From assembly GCA_964410105.1 (NCBI GenBank), contig CAYPFY010000003.1:16754-80753 (forward strand): 64,000 bases of DNA. Direction: 5' to 3'. The notes under the pieces were generated by a model. That model was not told where the DNA came from and did not search any database. It worked only from the letters and a program-made list of their open reading frames with translations. Positions 29,848-40,556 of this stretch are shown here, piece by piece. Source of the stretch: an uncultured Chlorobiaceae bacterium (lineage in GTDB: Bacteria > Bacteroidota > Ignavibacteria > UBA10030 > SZUA-254). Made by a program: the position numbers and the translations under genes. The stretch's first letter is position 1. Each line of letters opens with the position of its first letter.

Positions 29848-31794
29848 ATGGCAGGAAAAATAATTGGAATCGACCTCGGAACCACAAATTCCGTGGTCGC
29901 AGTGATGGAAGGAAATGACCCCGTCGTGATCGCGAACTCGGAAGGGGCCCGCACGACGCCCTCCGTCGTGGCATTCACCAAAGGAGGCGAGCGCCTCGTC
30001 GGACAGGCTGCCAAACGGCAGGCGGTGACGAATTCCCAGAATACGATTTTTTCCATAAAGCGGTTCATGGGACGGTTCTTCAACGAGGTTACCGAGGAAA
30101 TGAAGCTCGTCCCCTACAAGGTGGTCCAGGGAGAGAATGTTACGGCGCGCGTCCAGATCGGTGATCGCGTCTACTCGCCGCCGGAGATCAGCGCAATGAT
30201 CCTTCAGAAGATGAAGCAGACGGCCGAGGATTATCTCGGCACGAAGATCAGCGATGCGGTGATCACCGTCCCCGCGTATTTCAACGACGCGCAGCGGCAG
30301 GCCACCAAGGAAGCCGGGGAGATCGCAGGCCTTAACGTCCGGCGCATCATCAATGAGCCGACCGCCGCGGCCCTCGCCTACGGCCTCGACAAGAAACATA
30401 AGGATATGAAAGTTGCCGTCTTCGATCTCGGCGGAGGAACGTTCGACATTTCCATCCTCGAGCTGGGCGAAGGCGTTTTTGAAGTGAAGTCGACCAACGG
30501 CGACACTCATCTCGGCGGAGATAATTTCGACCAGCGCCTCCTCGACTATATCGCCGATGAATTCAAGAAGCAGGAAGGGGTGGATCTCCGTAAGGATCCG
30601 ATGGCCCTCCAGCGGATGAGGGAAGCCGCCGAGAAAGCGAAGATGGAGCTTTCGCAGCTCCTCCAGACGGAGGTTAACCTCCCGTTCATCACCGCCACAA
30701 GCGAGGGGCCGAAGCATCTCAACCTCAATATCACCCGTGCGAAATTTGAGCAGCTGGTCGAGGACCTCATCCAGCGCTGCATGCCTCCGGTTGAAAAGGC
30801 TCTCAGCGATGCAGGCCTGAGGCCGAACCAGATCGATGAGGTCATACTCGTCGGCGGAATGACCCGGGTCCCGCGGGTCCAGCAGCTGGTGAAGAGTATT
30901 TTCGGCAAAGAAGGACACAAGGGAGTCAATCCGGACGAGGTGGTTGCCGTCGGCGCCGGAATCCAGGGCGGAGTCCTCTCAGGGGACGTCTCCGATGTGC
31001 TCCTCCTCGACGTTACCCCGCTCACGCTCGGCATCGAAACGCTCGGCGGAGTCATGACGCACATGATCACAGCCAATACGACGATCCCGACCAAGAAGAG
31101 CGAAATCTTCTCTACCGCTTCCGACAGCCAGCCCTCGGTCGAGATCCATGTCCTTCAGGGAGAACGACAGTTCGCCGTCGATAACCGCACGCTCGGCCGC
31201 TTTCACCTCGACGGAATCCCACCGGCTCCCCGGGGGGTCCCCCAGATCGAGGTCACCTTCGATATCGACGCCAACGGGCTTCTCCATGTGGCCGCCAAGG
31301 ACAAGGCGACGAATAAGGAACAAAGCATCCGGATCACGTCCTCCAGCGGATTGAGCAAGGAGGAGGTGGAAAAGATGAAGGCCGATGCCACCGCCCACTC
31401 GGCGGAAGACAAGAAGCGCAGGGAAGAGGTCGATACGAAGAATCAGGCCGATACCCTCGTGTTCCAGACCCGGAAACAGATGAAGGAGTTCGGCGAGAAG
31501 ATTCCGGCCGACGTGAAATCGAAGGTCGAATCGGCCGCCGACGCCCTCGAGGCTGCCATCAAGTCGGGGAATATGGCCGATATCAAATCGAAGATGGAGT
31601 CCCTCAATAACGCCTGGAACGAAGCGTCCGGAGCCATGTACCAGGCGGCAACTGCCGCCGGAGGCGCTGACGCGCACGGCGGAGCGGAGACGACGCCTCC
31701 CCCCCCGGGAGGCCCTGCCCCGGAAGCGAAAAAGCAGGCGGGGAAAGCCGTTGAGGACGCCTCCTTCGAGGTTGTCGACGATAAGGATAAATGA
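29848..31794 (+). CDS. dnaK: chaperone DnaK (Hsp70)
   Basis: The start [19 protein letters not shown] is preceded by the RBS AAAGGAGAGAAA. Motifs [12 protein letters not shown] and [14 protein letters not shown] are present. The upstream 50 codons of the listed ORF are not DnaK-like. Confidence 0.95.
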   Translation: MAGKIIGIDLGTTNSVVAVMEGNDPVVIANSEGARTTPSVVAFTKGGERLVGQAAKRQAVTNSQNTIFSIKRFMGRFFNEVTEEMKLVPYKVVQGENVTARVQIGDRVYSPPEISAMILQKMKQTAEDYLGTKISDAVITVPAYFNDAQRQATKEAGEIAGLNVRRIINEPTAAALAYGLDKKHKDMKVAVFDLGGGTFDISILELGEGVFEVKSTNGDTHLGGDNFDQRLLDYIADEFKKQEGVDLRKDPMALQRMREAAEKAKMELSQLLQTEVNLPFITATSEGPKHLNLNITRAKFEQLVEDLIQRCMPPVEKALSDAGLRPNQIDEVILVGGMTRVPRVQQLVKSIFGKEGHKGVNPDEVVAVGAGIQGGVLSGDVSDVLLLDVTPLTLGIETLGGVMTHMITANTTIPTKKSEIFSTASDSQPSVEIHVLQGERQFAVDNRTLGRFHLDGIPPAPRGVPQIEVTFDIDANGLLHVAAKDKATNKEQSIRITSSSGLSKEEVEKMKADATAHSAEDKKRREEVDTKNQADTLVFQTRKQMKEFGEKIPADVKSKVESAADALEAAIKSGNMADIKSKMESLNNAWNEASGAMYQAATAAGGADAHGGAETTPPPPGGPAPEAKKQAGKAVEDASFEVVDDKDK

Positions 31795-31918
31795 CCCTAT
31801 TGTCGGCACTCGGCGGGAGAGACGGCGCACACGGTTCGTCACCGGCGGGCGGGTACGATTCTCAACAAAATCGGCTGCACGAGCTCACCGCCCGCGGGAA
31901 CTGATCACTCAGCTATAG

Positions 31919-31962
31919 GAAGCCGCCGCTGATCGCTGAGGCGATCGGCGTGCGGCTTTTTC
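31919..31962 (+). terminator. rho-independent terminator downstream of dnaK
   Basis: A GC-rich imperfect hairpin (GAAGCCGCCGCTGATCGC ... GCGATCGGCGTGCGGC) is followed by TTTTT. Confidence 0.5.
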
Positions 31963-31989
31963 ATTGACCAGGAAAAGGATGGAATTTTT

Positions 31990-34617
31990 ATGAACTTTAA
32001 TAAATTCACGATTAAATCACAGGAGGCGGTCTCGAACGCGCAGGAGATCGCCGCCAATTACCAGAATCAGGCGATCGAATCGGAACATCTCCTTGCCGCC
32101 CTTGTCCAGGACAGCCAGGGGGTCGTCGTCCCGCTCCTCCAGAAGGTCGGCGCGAATGTCGATTATATCAAGATAAAAATCAACGAAGCGATCGAGCGCC
32201 TTCCCAAAGTATCGGGCGTGACCAACCATTACGCCGGCGGCACCCTGAATCAGGTGTTCGACGCCGCCCTCAAGGAGGCCAACCTTCTCAAAGACGAATT
32301 CATCAGCACCGAACACCTCCTTCTTGGCCTTCTCACGATCAAGTCCGCCGCCGCACAGCTGCTCACCGACCAGGGGGTGACCAAGGACGAACTTTACAGG
32401 GCGTTGAAGGATATCCGGGGGTCCCAGCGCGTGACTGACCAGACCCCTGAGGAAAAATACCAGTCCCTCGAAAAATTCGGCCGCGACCTTACCGACCTTG
32501 CCCGCAATGGGAAACTCGACCCGGTGATTGGACGTGACGAGGAGATCCGGCGCGTTCTCCAGGTCCTCTCCCGCCGTACGAAGAATAACCCGGTCCTTAT
32601 CGGCGAGCCGGGCGTCGGCAAGACCGCCATCGCCGAAGGCCTCGCACACAGGATCATGCAGGGGGATGTGCCCGAGAATCTGAAGTCCAAGAGGATCATC
32701 GCCCTCGATATGGGGTCCCTCATCGCCGGCACGAGTTTCAGGGGGCAGTTCGAAGAAAGGCTGAAAGCCGTCCTCAAGGAGGTCACTGAATCCAACGGCG
32801 AGATCATTCTTTTCATCGATGAGCTCCATACGCTCGTCGGGGCCGGGGCGGCTCAGGGTGCCGTGGACGCCGCCAACATGCTGAAACCCGCCCTCGCCAA
32901 GGGTGAGCTCAGGGCGATCGGCGCGACGACAATCGATGAATACAGAAAATATATTGAAAAGGACCCCGCCCTCGAACGCCGGTTCCAGCCCGTGCTTGTC
33001 GACGAGCCGTCGGTCGAGGATACCATCTCCATCCTCCGGGGCCTCAAAGAACGCTACGAAGTGCACCACGGAGTGCGCATCACCGACGGCGCGATCGTCG
33101 CCGCCGCCCAGCTCAGCTACCGCTATATAAGCGACCGCTTCCTTCCCGATAAAGCCATAGACCTCGTCGATGAAGCGGCGTCGAAGCTCCGTATCGAGAT
33201 CGACTCGATGCCTGAGGAGCTCGATGAGATCGAGCGACGCATCAAGCAGCTTGAGATTGAACGGGTGGCGGTGATGCGGGAGAAGGATGATGAGTCGCGG
33301 GACCGCGTCGCCACGATCCAGCGCGAGCTCGCGGACCTCAATCAGAAGCGCACCAGCCTCCGTGCACACTGGGATGTCGAAAAGGAGCTTATTTCCTCGA
33401 TCCGCAAGATGAAGGAGGAGATTGAGGCCGCAAAAGCCGAGGCCGACCGGAATGAGAGGGAGGGAAACCTGGCCAAGGTTGCCGAGCTGCGTTATGGCGT
33501 CATCGCGTCTCTGGAAAAAAAGCTGAAAGAGGCAGGTGCCAAGCTCGCCTCAGCACAAAAGGACAAGAAAATGCTCAAGGAGGAGGTCGACGCCGACGAC
33601 ATCGGCGAAATCGTCTCCCGCTGGACGGGCATCCCCCTCAACCGGATGCTCGAAAGCGAACGCTCAAAGCTCCTTCACCTCGAAGAAAGGCTCCACCGGC
33701 GAATCGTCAACCAGACCGAGGCGGTGCATGCCATCAGCGACGCGATCCGCCGCAGCAGGGCGGGCCTGCAGGATGAAAAACGGCCGATCGGCTCGTTTAT
33801 TTTCCTCGGGACGACCGGGGTGGGTAAGACGGAGCTTGCCCGCGCCCTGGCCGAAGAACTCTTCAATGACGAGAATGCCCTCGTCCGGATCGATATGAGC
33901 GAGTACATGGAAAAATTCTCCGTCTCGCGCCTCATCGGCGCCCCGCCCGGCTACGTCGGCTACGAAGAGGGGGGCCAGCTGACCGAAGCGGTGCGGCGCA
34001 AACCCTATTCCGTCGTGCTCCTCGATGAGATCGAGAAGGCCAATCCCGAGGTTTTTAACCTGCTCCTCCAGCTGCTCGAGGACGGCAGGCTCACCGATAG
34101 CAAGGGTCGCACGGTCAATTTCAAGAATACGATCATCATCATGACGTCCAACCTCGGCTCGCAGCTCATTCAGGAGCGGCTCGCCGGAAAGGCAACACGG
34201 AACGGCGACCTGGAAAAAACATACGGCGAACTCAGGGTGGCGCTTTTCGAGATGCTCAGGCAAAACATCCGGCCCGAATTCCTGAACAGGATTGACGAAA
34301 TCATTCTGTTCAAACTGCTCGGGAGAAAGGAGATCCGCAGCATTGTCGACCTTCAGCTGGCCCGCGTCCATCAGATGCTCGAAGACAAGCATATTTCTCT
34401 CGAAGTCTCCGAGGAAGCGAAAGACTGGCTCGGTAAACTCGGCTACGACCCGACCCTGGGCGCCCGGCCCCTCAAGAGGGTTATTCAGAAATATGTGGTG
34501 AACAAACTCTCGGAGCGCCTGCTCGCCGGGGATTTCTCCGACGGCGATACGGTCTCTGTCGAGCTCGATAAACGGGGCCTCATCGAGTTTGTGAAAAGAA
34601 TTCCCGCCGTAGCCTGA
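31990..34617 (+). CDS. clpB: ATP-dependent chaperone ClpB
   Basis: 875 aa. It has two AAA+ modules ([15 protein letters not shown] and [17 protein letters not shown]), a coiled-coil middle domain, and a Clp N-domain. Confidence 0.95.
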   Translation: MNFNKFTIKSQEAVSNAQEIAANYQNQAIESEHLLAALVQDSQGVVVPLLQKVGANVDYIKIKINEAIERLPKVSGVTNHYAGGTLNQVFDAALKEANLLKDEFISTEHLLLGLLTIKSAAAQLLTDQGVTKDELYRALKDIRGSQRVTDQTPEEKYQSLEKFGRDLTDLARNGKLDPVIGRDEEIRRVLQVLSRRTKNNPVLIGEPGVGKTAIAEGLAHRIMQGDVPENLKSKRIIALDMGSLIAGTSFRGQFEERLKAVLKEVTESNGEIILFIDELHTLVGAGAAQGAVDAANMLKPALAKGELRAIGATTIDEYRKYIEKDPALERRFQPVLVDEPSVEDTISILRGLKERYEVHHGVRITDGAIVAAAQLSYRYISDRFLPDKAIDLVDEAASKLRIEIDSMPEELDEIERRIKQLEIERVAVMREKDDESRDRVATIQRELADLNQKRTSLRAHWDVEKELISSIRKMKEEIEAAKAEADRNEREGNLAKVAELRYGVIASLEKKLKEAGAKLASAQKDKKMLKEEVDADDIGEIVSRWTGIPLNRMLESERSKLLHLEERLHRRIVNQTEAVHAISDAIRRSRAGLQDEKRPIGSFIFLGTTGVGKTELARALAEELFNDENALVRIDMSEYMEKFSVSRLIGAPPGYVGYEEGGQLTEAVRRKPYSVVLLDEIEKANPEVFNLLLQLLEDGRLTDSKGRTVNFKNTIIIMTSNLGSQLIQERLAGKATRNGDLEKTYGELRVALFEMLRQNIRPEFLNRIDEIILFKLLGRKEIRSIVDLQLARVHQMLEDKHISLEVSEEAKDWLGKLGYDPTLGARPLKRVIQKYVVNKLSERLLAGDFSDGDTVSVELDKRGLIEFVKRIPAVA

Positions 34618-34631
34618 CTCATTTCACCGAT

Positions 34632-34662
34632 GGCGGGGAAGATCCCCTTTTCCCCGCCTTTT
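34632..34662 (+). terminator. rho-independent terminator downstream of clpB
   Basis: The hairpin is GGCGGGGAAGATCCCCTTTTCCCCGCC, followed by TTTT. Confidence 0.55.
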
Positions 34663-34758
34663 GTGACAGGGTTTTCCTCCCCGCAGAAAACTCTTTGCTT
34701 ATCCTTCCGGATTTTAGTACTTTTAATCCTCCAAGTGTATTCCCACGATTGACAATCT

Positions 34759-35661
34759 ATGATTTCTCTCATCGTCCACGGCGGCGCATGGGACATCCCC
34801 GAGCGCGAAATCGACGCTCATCGCCAGGGATGCCTTGCGGCGGTTAATCTCGGCTGGCAGCTCCTGCAAAACGGACGCAGCGCTGTGGATACCGTCGAAC
34901 AGGTCGTCCGGTTGCTCGAGGATGACGTGACGTTCGATGCCGGGAAGGGTTCCCATTTGAACGCCGCGGGAGAGGTTGAGCTGGACGCAAGTATCATGGA
35001 CGGGACTACCTTCCGGTGCGGCTCGGTTGCCGCAGTGCATCGCGTCTCAAACCCCATCTCCCTCGCCCGCAAGGTCATGGACGAGAGCGAACATGTGCTC
35101 CTCGTCGGAGAGGGCGCAGAACGGTTTGCCGCCGAATGCAAGCTTGCCCTCTGCAACCCCGAAGAGCTGATTATCCCGCGGGAAAGGGCGCGATGGGAAT
35201 CTTTGAGAGGGAAGGCTCGTTTTAGCTCAAAAGACGCGTTCATGAAGACCGCAGGCGATACCGTCGGCGCCGTGGCGCTCGACAGCAAGGGAAAAATCTG
35301 CGCCGGAACCTCGACCGGGGGTACGCTGAACAGATATCCGGGTCGCGTCGGCGATTCACCCCTCATCGGCTGCGGCTCCTATGCGGATTCCGCCGTCGGA
35401 GGAGTCTCCGCCACGGGCTGGGGGGAGGCGATTATCAAGGTGGTCCTTTCGAAGACTATCATCGATATCATGGACACGAACGGGCATGATCCGCAGGCCG
35501 CCGCCTCGCGAGGCATCGAGATTCTTAAGGTCAAAGCGGAGGGTTTTGGCGGAGTGATCGTGATGAACCGTGAGGGGTCCGTCGGCTTATCCTATAACAC
35601 CCCCCGCATGGCCCGCGCATTCATGTGCTCCGGCATGGCCGAGCCCGTCGCATCAGTATGA
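34759..35661 (+). CDS. isoaspartyl peptidase / L-asparaginase (Ntn-hydrolase, plant-type asparaginase family)
   Basis: The N-terminal LIVHGGAW and the autoproteolytic site GDTVGAVALD, with Thr as nucleophile, are followed by GTSTGG. Confidence 0.85.
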   Translation: MISLIVHGGAWDIPEREIDAHRQGCLAAVNLGWQLLQNGRSAVDTVEQVVRLLEDDVTFDAGKGSHLNAAGEVELDASIMDGTTFRCGSVAAVHRVSNPISLARKVMDESEHVLLVGEGAERFAAECKLALCNPEELIIPRERARWESLRGKARFSSKDAFMKTAGDTVGAVALDSKGKICAGTSTGGTLNRYPGRVGDSPLIGCGSYADSAVGGVSATGWGEAIIKVVLSKTIIDIMDTNGHDPQAAASRGIEILKVKAEGFGGVIVMNREGSVGLSYNTPRMARAFMCSGMAEPVASV

Positions 35662-36989
35662 ATCCCTCGTCACTGACCGGCCATATGCTCGAGCTCCTAG
35701 GCCGGATCAATAATAACCACCATCCACCGGATCGCATCGTCTCCGATTTCTTCCGGTCAAGGACATATCTGGGATCCCATGACCGCCGCGTCATCGCCGA
35801 ATCGGTCTTCAACCTCCTACGCTACCGCCGGGGCGCCGAGGCCCTGCTGCAGCAGTTTGCAAAAACGTCGGGCAAGGAGTTCACGGAGGGCCCCGGTCGC
35901 TTGATCCCGCTCCTGGCTGCCTCTGGAATCATCCACCCGCCGGAAGCTCCCCCATTCCAGATTCCGAGATCAGTCTGGGTTGAAAAACTCCCGGATCTGG
36001 ATATGGAAGTGTTTCTGAGCTGGATCCGGGCACACGGGGGCTTTGATTTTCTTGACAAAGACGACCCCGAAACACTCGGCGTACGCTACTCTTTCCAGGA
36101 CTGGATGGTCGGGGAATGGGAGGCCCGCTATGGCGCTGGAACGGAGGGACTTCTCCACGAGCTGAACGCCCCCGCCCCCGTTACTCTGCGCGTGAATTTT
36201 TCAAGGGCGACGCGGGAAGAGTGCCGCTCCAGATTACAGGGTGAGGGAATTGAAAGTGAGCCGACGAGACTGTCTCCGGCAGGCCTCACGGCAATGCGAA
36301 GGTTTTCCGTGGGATCCTCTCAAACTTTTAAGGATGGCTGGTTTGAGATACAGGATGAGGGGAGCCAGGTCGTTTCTCTCGTCGCTGACCCCTCCCCGGG
36401 CGAAACCGTCATCGACAGTTGCGCGGGGACAGGCGGGAAATCACTCCACCTGGCAGATCTCATGAGGCATTCGGGTGAGATCCTCTCGCTCGACATCGAT
36501 CCGCACCGCCTGGAAGAGCTCGGGCGACGGGCCCGCAGGCAGGGTGCCTCCATAGTCAAGGCGATGCGGCAGGTTGAGCCGGACAAACTGGCCGATGCTG
36601 TGCTCGTCGATGCCCCGTGCAGCGGTTCGGGAACTATTCGCCGCAATCCCGCCCTGAAATGGATCCCCGAATCGCTCGTCGATCGCAGCGCCGCCAGGCA
36701 GCGGGAAATCCTCGCGCGCAGCGCCCGCTTTGTCAAGCCCGGGGGAAGAATCGTCTACGCCACCTGCTCGCTATTCAAGAGGGAGAACGAGGATGTTGTC
36801 GAACATTTTCTTTCCGGCAATCCGGACTTTTTTGCCGACACCTCCGAATCGACGCTCTTCCCGGGAAGGCCGGACGTGACTCTGCTTCCCCATATTCACG
36901 GGACCGACGGATTTTTCATTTCGCGGATGAGACGACGGAGTCTCACGCCTCAGGAGTCAAATGAAAATATCTCACGAGAGGATTTATGA
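35658..36989 (+). CDS. rsmB: 16S rRNA (cytosine-C5)-methyltransferase, NOL1/NOP2/Sun family (RsmB-like) with a NusB-like N-domain
   Basis: SAM-binding DSCAGTGGKS and the catalytic block DAPCSGSGTIRRNPALKW are present. The internal Met start (MNPSS...) overlaps the asparaginase stop (ATGA). Confidence 0.85.
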   Translation: MNPSSLTGHMLELLGRINNNHHPPDRIVSDFFRSRTYLGSHDRRVIAESVFNLLRYRRGAEALLQQFAKTSGKEFTEGPGRLIPLLAASGIIHPPEAPPFQIPRSVWVEKLPDLDMEVFLSWIRAHGGFDFLDKDDPETLGVRYSFQDWMVGEWEARYGAGTEGLLHELNAPAPVTLRVNFSRATREECRSRLQGEGIESEPTRLSPAGLTAMRRFSVGSSQTFKDGWFEIQDEGSQVVSLVADPSPGETVIDSCAGTGGKSLHLADLMRHSGEILSLDIDPHRLEELGRRARRQGASIVKAMRQVEPDKLADAVLVDAPCSGSGTIRRNPALKWIPESLVDRSAARQREILARSARFVKPGGRIVYATCSLFKRENEDVVEHFLSGNPDFFADTSESTLFPGRPDVTLLPHIHGTDGFFISRMRRRSLTPQESNENISREDL

Positions 36990-37480
36990 AAAAACTTTTT
37001 CTCTTCGCCCTGGTGATTGCATCCTGTTCGCGCAAGGACGAAGCGCTGTTATACAAAGAAGGGCGCGAGGCGGAATCCCGGAAAAACTATCAGCTCGCCG
37101 CCGAGCGGTTTGAAGACATTGTCGACAGATTCCCCTCACGCCCTTACGCGGAGAGCTCGCTCGTCCGGCTTGCAGACATTTACACGAATGGCGCCAAGGA
37201 TGTTCCCAAGGCGGTTCGAGCCTACCGCCGTTACTATCTCATGTTCCCCGAGAGCAAACAGGCCCCTACGATGCTTTTTCTCTCGGGTTTTCTGTACAAT
37301 AACGATCTCCATCAGCTGGACAGCGCGAGATCGGTTTATGAAATTTTCCTTTCACACTATCCCCATCACGAGCTCGCGGCATCCGCGAAGTTCGAGCTCG
37401 AAACTCTCGGGAAAGATCCCGGGGCAGCGCTCGAACCGAGGGTGAGCTCGGGCGATTCCGGGCGGGCCGGAAGGCAGTGA
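36986..37480 (+). CDS. small TPR-like lipoprotein
   Basis: Lipobox MKKLFLFALVIASC. The rest is helical TPR-like repeats (YQLAAERFEDIV..., YAESSLVRLADIY...). It is translationally coupled on both sides (ATGA and GTGA overlaps). Confidence 0.6.
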   Translation: MKKLFLFALVIASCSRKDEALLYKEGREAESRKNYQLAAERFEDIVDRFPSRPYAESSLVRLADIYTNGAKDVPKAVRAYRRYYLMFPESKQAPTMLFLSGFLYNNDLHQLDSARSVYEIFLSHYPHHELAASAKFELETLGKDPGAALEPRVSSGDSGRAGRQ

Positions 37481-38379
37481 CCCCCCAGGACTACCGAAAG
37501 TTTTTACGGCCGGAGGTCGTCGCCAAGCTCGCCAATATGGAACTGGTGGCGCGCCTCGTCGTCGAGGGGTTCATCACGGGGCTCCACAAAAGCCCCTACC
37601 ACGGCTTCAGCGTCGAATTCGCCGAGCACCGGCAGTATATGCCGGGCGACGAGGTGAAACATATCGACTGGAAGATATTCGGAAGGACGGACCGCTACTA
37701 CATCAAACAATTTGAGGAGGAGACGAATCTCAAGTCGTATCTCATCGTCGACGCAAGCAAGTCGATGGCCTACGCTTCGGAAGGACATCCCACCAAGCTT
37801 GAGTACGCCTGCTACATCAGCGCCGCACTCGCCCACCTCATGGTCCAGCAACGCGATGCCGTCGGCCTCACAACATACGACGAGAATGTCCGGACCTATA
37901 TGCCTCCGCACGCGACGAAGGGCTATCTCACGGAGATCCTGAGGCAGCTTCAAAACCTGACCCCCGGCCAGAAGACCCGGACGGCAAATTCCCTTCATCA
38001 GGTCGCCGAACGCATCAGGCGCCGCGGACTTGTGATCGTCATGAGCGATCTGTTCGATTCGCCCGGCGACGTCATGAAGGCGCTCCGTCACTTCCGGCAC
38101 AAGAAAAATGAGGTGATCGTGCTCCAGATCCTCGATCCGATGGAACGGAGCTTCGCCTTCGGCAGGGATGCCATCTTCAAGGACATCGAAACGTCGGAAG
38201 AGCTCGCGACGCAGCCCTGGCATATTCAGAAATCATACCAGGAGGAAATGAAGCGGTTCCTGGAAAAACTCAAGAAGGAGTGCCGGGAGAATAAAATCGA
38301 CTACGCGCTGCTCGATACCACCACCCCCTTCGACGTCGCCCTTTTCGAGTATCTGCACAAACGGCAGAAATTGGGGTAA
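37477..38379 (+). CDS. DUF58 domain protein (vWA-like; MoxR/Bat-operon associated family)
   Basis: The DUF58 core is LHKSPYHGFSVEFAEHRQYMPGDEVKHIDWKIFGRTDRYYIKQFEEE...LIVDASKSM. The gene has a GTG start. Confidence 0.8.
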   Translation: MTPQDYRKFLRPEVVAKLANMELVARLVVEGFITGLHKSPYHGFSVEFAEHRQYMPGDEVKHIDWKIFGRTDRYYIKQFEEETNLKSYLIVDASKSMAYASEGHPTKLEYACYISAALAHLMVQQRDAVGLTTYDENVRTYMPPHATKGYLTEILRQLQNLTPGQKTRTANSLHQVAERIRRRGLVIVMSDLFDSPGDVMKALRHFRHKKNEVIVLQILDPMERSFAFGRDAIFKDIETSEELATQPWHIQKSYQEEMKRFLEKLKKECRENKIDYALLDTTTPFDVALFEYLHKRQKLG

Positions 38380-38509
38380 GTCCGGTGTGCAGACAAGAGT
38401 CCGTCCTCTAACCGGAAACCCGTCGGTCCAGCGTCTTCCCGCTCCGGGCTCGCAGCATTGACCGGCTTTGCGTAGGAGCAACGTTTACACCGTGTGAGGG
38501 AGAGATTTT

Positions 38510-38959
38510 GTGAGATCGAATCTGGTAATCATAGTCGTGCTCGCGACTTCTCTGAGCTGCACCGGGCCTGCCGGGTCCGAAGGGCCGATGGGGGAAGGCC
38601 TCGCATCCCTCTCCGACCCGGAGATAATGCCGACCGTCATCTATACGAATCCTGCCAATAATGCGACCGGCCGTTTGGCGGACTTCACGAACCTCGTCGC
38701 AGTTCGGTTGAATTAGGTCGTGGACGTTAGCCCCATCAGACCATCGGTGATGCTCTCATGTCCCGTCGGAGATGTATTGTTTGATACCACAGCGATCCCC
38801 GCACAGAATACGGACGCGGCCGGCCTCGGCCCGATCGATGCGAGCACTTCCTCCTTTCATTTTCTTTGGAAAATATCCCAACAGTATTCTCCCCGCATGG
38901 ATTCTTCGGCAACCGGGGCCAACAGCAACCCCTCAAAACTCCATTCTTATTCCGGTTGA
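38510..38959 (+). pseudogene. remnant of a secreted/lipoprotein gene with a Big_5/SbsA-type Ig-like domain, interrupted by an in-frame TAG
   Basis: Two ORF-track entries (38510-38716 and 38720-38959) lie in the same frame and are separated by a single stop. The combined product has a signal peptide with a Cys (LATSLSC) followed by PTVIYTNPANNATG...VAVRLN*VVDVSPIRPSVML. That pattern resembles the P-x-V-x-x-x-P-x-x-G-A-T-x-V ... F-x-x-x-M beginning of SbsA-type Ig domains. It sits at the edge of the lower-GC island. Confidence 0.3.
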
Positions 38960-39084
38960 CCCCCGAACCGTATTTCAGGGTGCTGAGCTGCCCCACCCTG
39001 AAATATGAAGACCCCAGCATCAAAGCAGCAGGCAAAGCTTCTTAGCAGATTCGAGAGCGTGTTGTTGGCGAAAGAGAAATTCAG

Positions 39085-39459
39085 ATGAAGAGATTCACGG
39101 GACGGAAAGGAATGTGCTGCAACTCTGCTATGCAGTCGAAAGATATTCCGAAATATTGCAAGCTCGATTTGATCGGAGAGGAGTTGTTGAGGATGGCAAT
39201 TACCAAAGTGGGACTTTCTGCTCGCGCGTACGATCGCATCCTTAAGATTGCAAGAACCATTGCCGATCTCGCCTGTTCAACCAATGCACATCCCGAACGC
39301 ATCAGCGAAGCGATTCAGTATAGGAGATTGGACAGGGATCTGCGGCAAGCGCAACTGAGCAATAGTTTCCGCCATGATATTGCTCCAATGATACTTAAAC
39401 AAAAAAATCCTGCCCTCTCGATACTACTGATTGAGAGCAGGATTGTCCCCTGCCGTTAA
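39085..39459 (+). pseudogene. orphan 3' fragment of a comM/yifB (Mg-chelatase-like AAA+ ATPase) gene, copy 1
   Basis: Residues ...GEELLRMAITKVGLSARAYDRILKIARTIADLACSTNAHPERISEAIQYRRLDR match the extreme C-terminal Mg_chelatase_C helix bundle of YifB/ComM (E. coli ...LGLSIRAWQRLLKVARTIADIDQSD...EAVSYRAIDR). No AAA+ or Lon-like N-terminal part is present upstream. Confidence 0.55.
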
Positions 39460-39505
39460 GTGGTTGCTTCCTCAGCCTAAGGTCTTCTCACCATACTGTT
39501 TCGTG

Positions 39506-40378
39506 TCACTTCACGCGTTGAATAGTTATTCGAGCCACGGGATTCTGCCATCCGTGCAGAGAGGGACTTAGATTTCCTACTCCGAGGATGCCCCGATGGT
39601 GAGAGATGACATCGTTCGTTGCGGTGCGATTGTTGCCGTCTGGCGGCATGGAGACGGGACCGATTGAACCACATGGATCGACGATGCTCGTTGAGAGTTC
39701 ATCGTTCGCTTCGGTGCCAGCATCGTAGCCATTTGTGTAGAAGACCTTCGATTTATAGCCGCCAGGAAGTTTTACACCATCAAGGCCTGTGAAGCCATCG
39801 TTAGTGCAGATAAGCATCGTAGCCACGGAAAGACGCTTTGCTTGATCTGCCGTGGTGATTCGGAATGTTCGGGAATTGGGTCCCGGACCGCCCACCCGAT
39901 GTATCGGCGCATTGATGACAACAACGTCGAACACACCTGCGCGAGTTTTCAGATCTGTTTCCGCCACGCTCGGATCGCCATTTTCGGCAATCAACCGAAT
40001 CCCCTCTGAAGCGGCAGCGCCAATTTGAAATAGATGGACGTTTTTTGTATGGGTTGCGATCACGCCCGGTGAAAACGGTTGACCAGTCGTAAGATTCTCA
40101 ACCGTCACGTCGTACATCTTAAGGGCATCGTCATCCGCCGACTCCGTGTCATCGTCACTCTCTGATCCAGCGGTTTCTTTTGCAAGATTTTGTTGAGAGC
40201 CTATTCCTGGATCCGTCGAGGCGTGCATATCGCCGGACTTGCTCGAGCAACCGGATAGAACCAAAAGCGCCACAGGGACGGAAGCAACCACTAGGATCAC
40301 TAACGATGGAAAAACTGCGGTGAGTTTCATAATCGATCTCCTTGATATGTCAGAGAGAGAGTTGTGAACTGAATACAC
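39506..40378 (-). CDS. lipoprotein with a spondin_N-like domain
   Basis: Signal peptide with lipobox (LLVLSGCSS) and an acidic low-complexity linker. The block MYDVTVENLTTGQPFSPGVIATHTKNVHLFQIGAAASEGIRLIAENGDP recalls bacterial Spondin_N proteins (TxxNLTxxQPxSPxxxxTH). The family assignment is from memory and was not searched. Confidence 0.5.
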   Translation of the reverse strand: MYSVHNSLSDISRRSIMKLTAVFPSLVILVVASVPVALLVLSGCSSKSGDMHASTDPGIGSQQNLAKETAGSESDDDTESADDDALKMYDVTVENLTTGQPFSPGVIATHTKNVHLFQIGAAASEGIRLIAENGDPSVAETDLKTRAGVFDVVVINAPIHRVGGPGPNSRTFRITTADQAKRLSVATMLICTNDGFTGLDGVKLPGGYKSKVFYTNGYDAGTEANDELSTSIVDPCGSIGPVSMPPDGNNRTATNDVISHHRGILGVGNLSPSLHGWQNPVARITIQRVK

Positions 40379-40556
40379 AAGGTAGCATATACCGTCACAA
40401 AACTATTGCGGAAGCTTAACATTTTAATAAAGGTTGAAACGATTGCGGCTCGACCCAGTCACCACGCATTTTAACCGGCCTTCACTCATGATACTTTTGT
40501 GACAAATTTTCCTATCTTTATACGAGAATGAGCACCGAAAATTCATACAGACAACG

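Noticed and set aside
29570-29848. CIRCE (HrcA) operator upstream of dnaK
   Set aside because: Searched by eye for TTAGCACTC-N9-GAGTGCTAA. It is not present.
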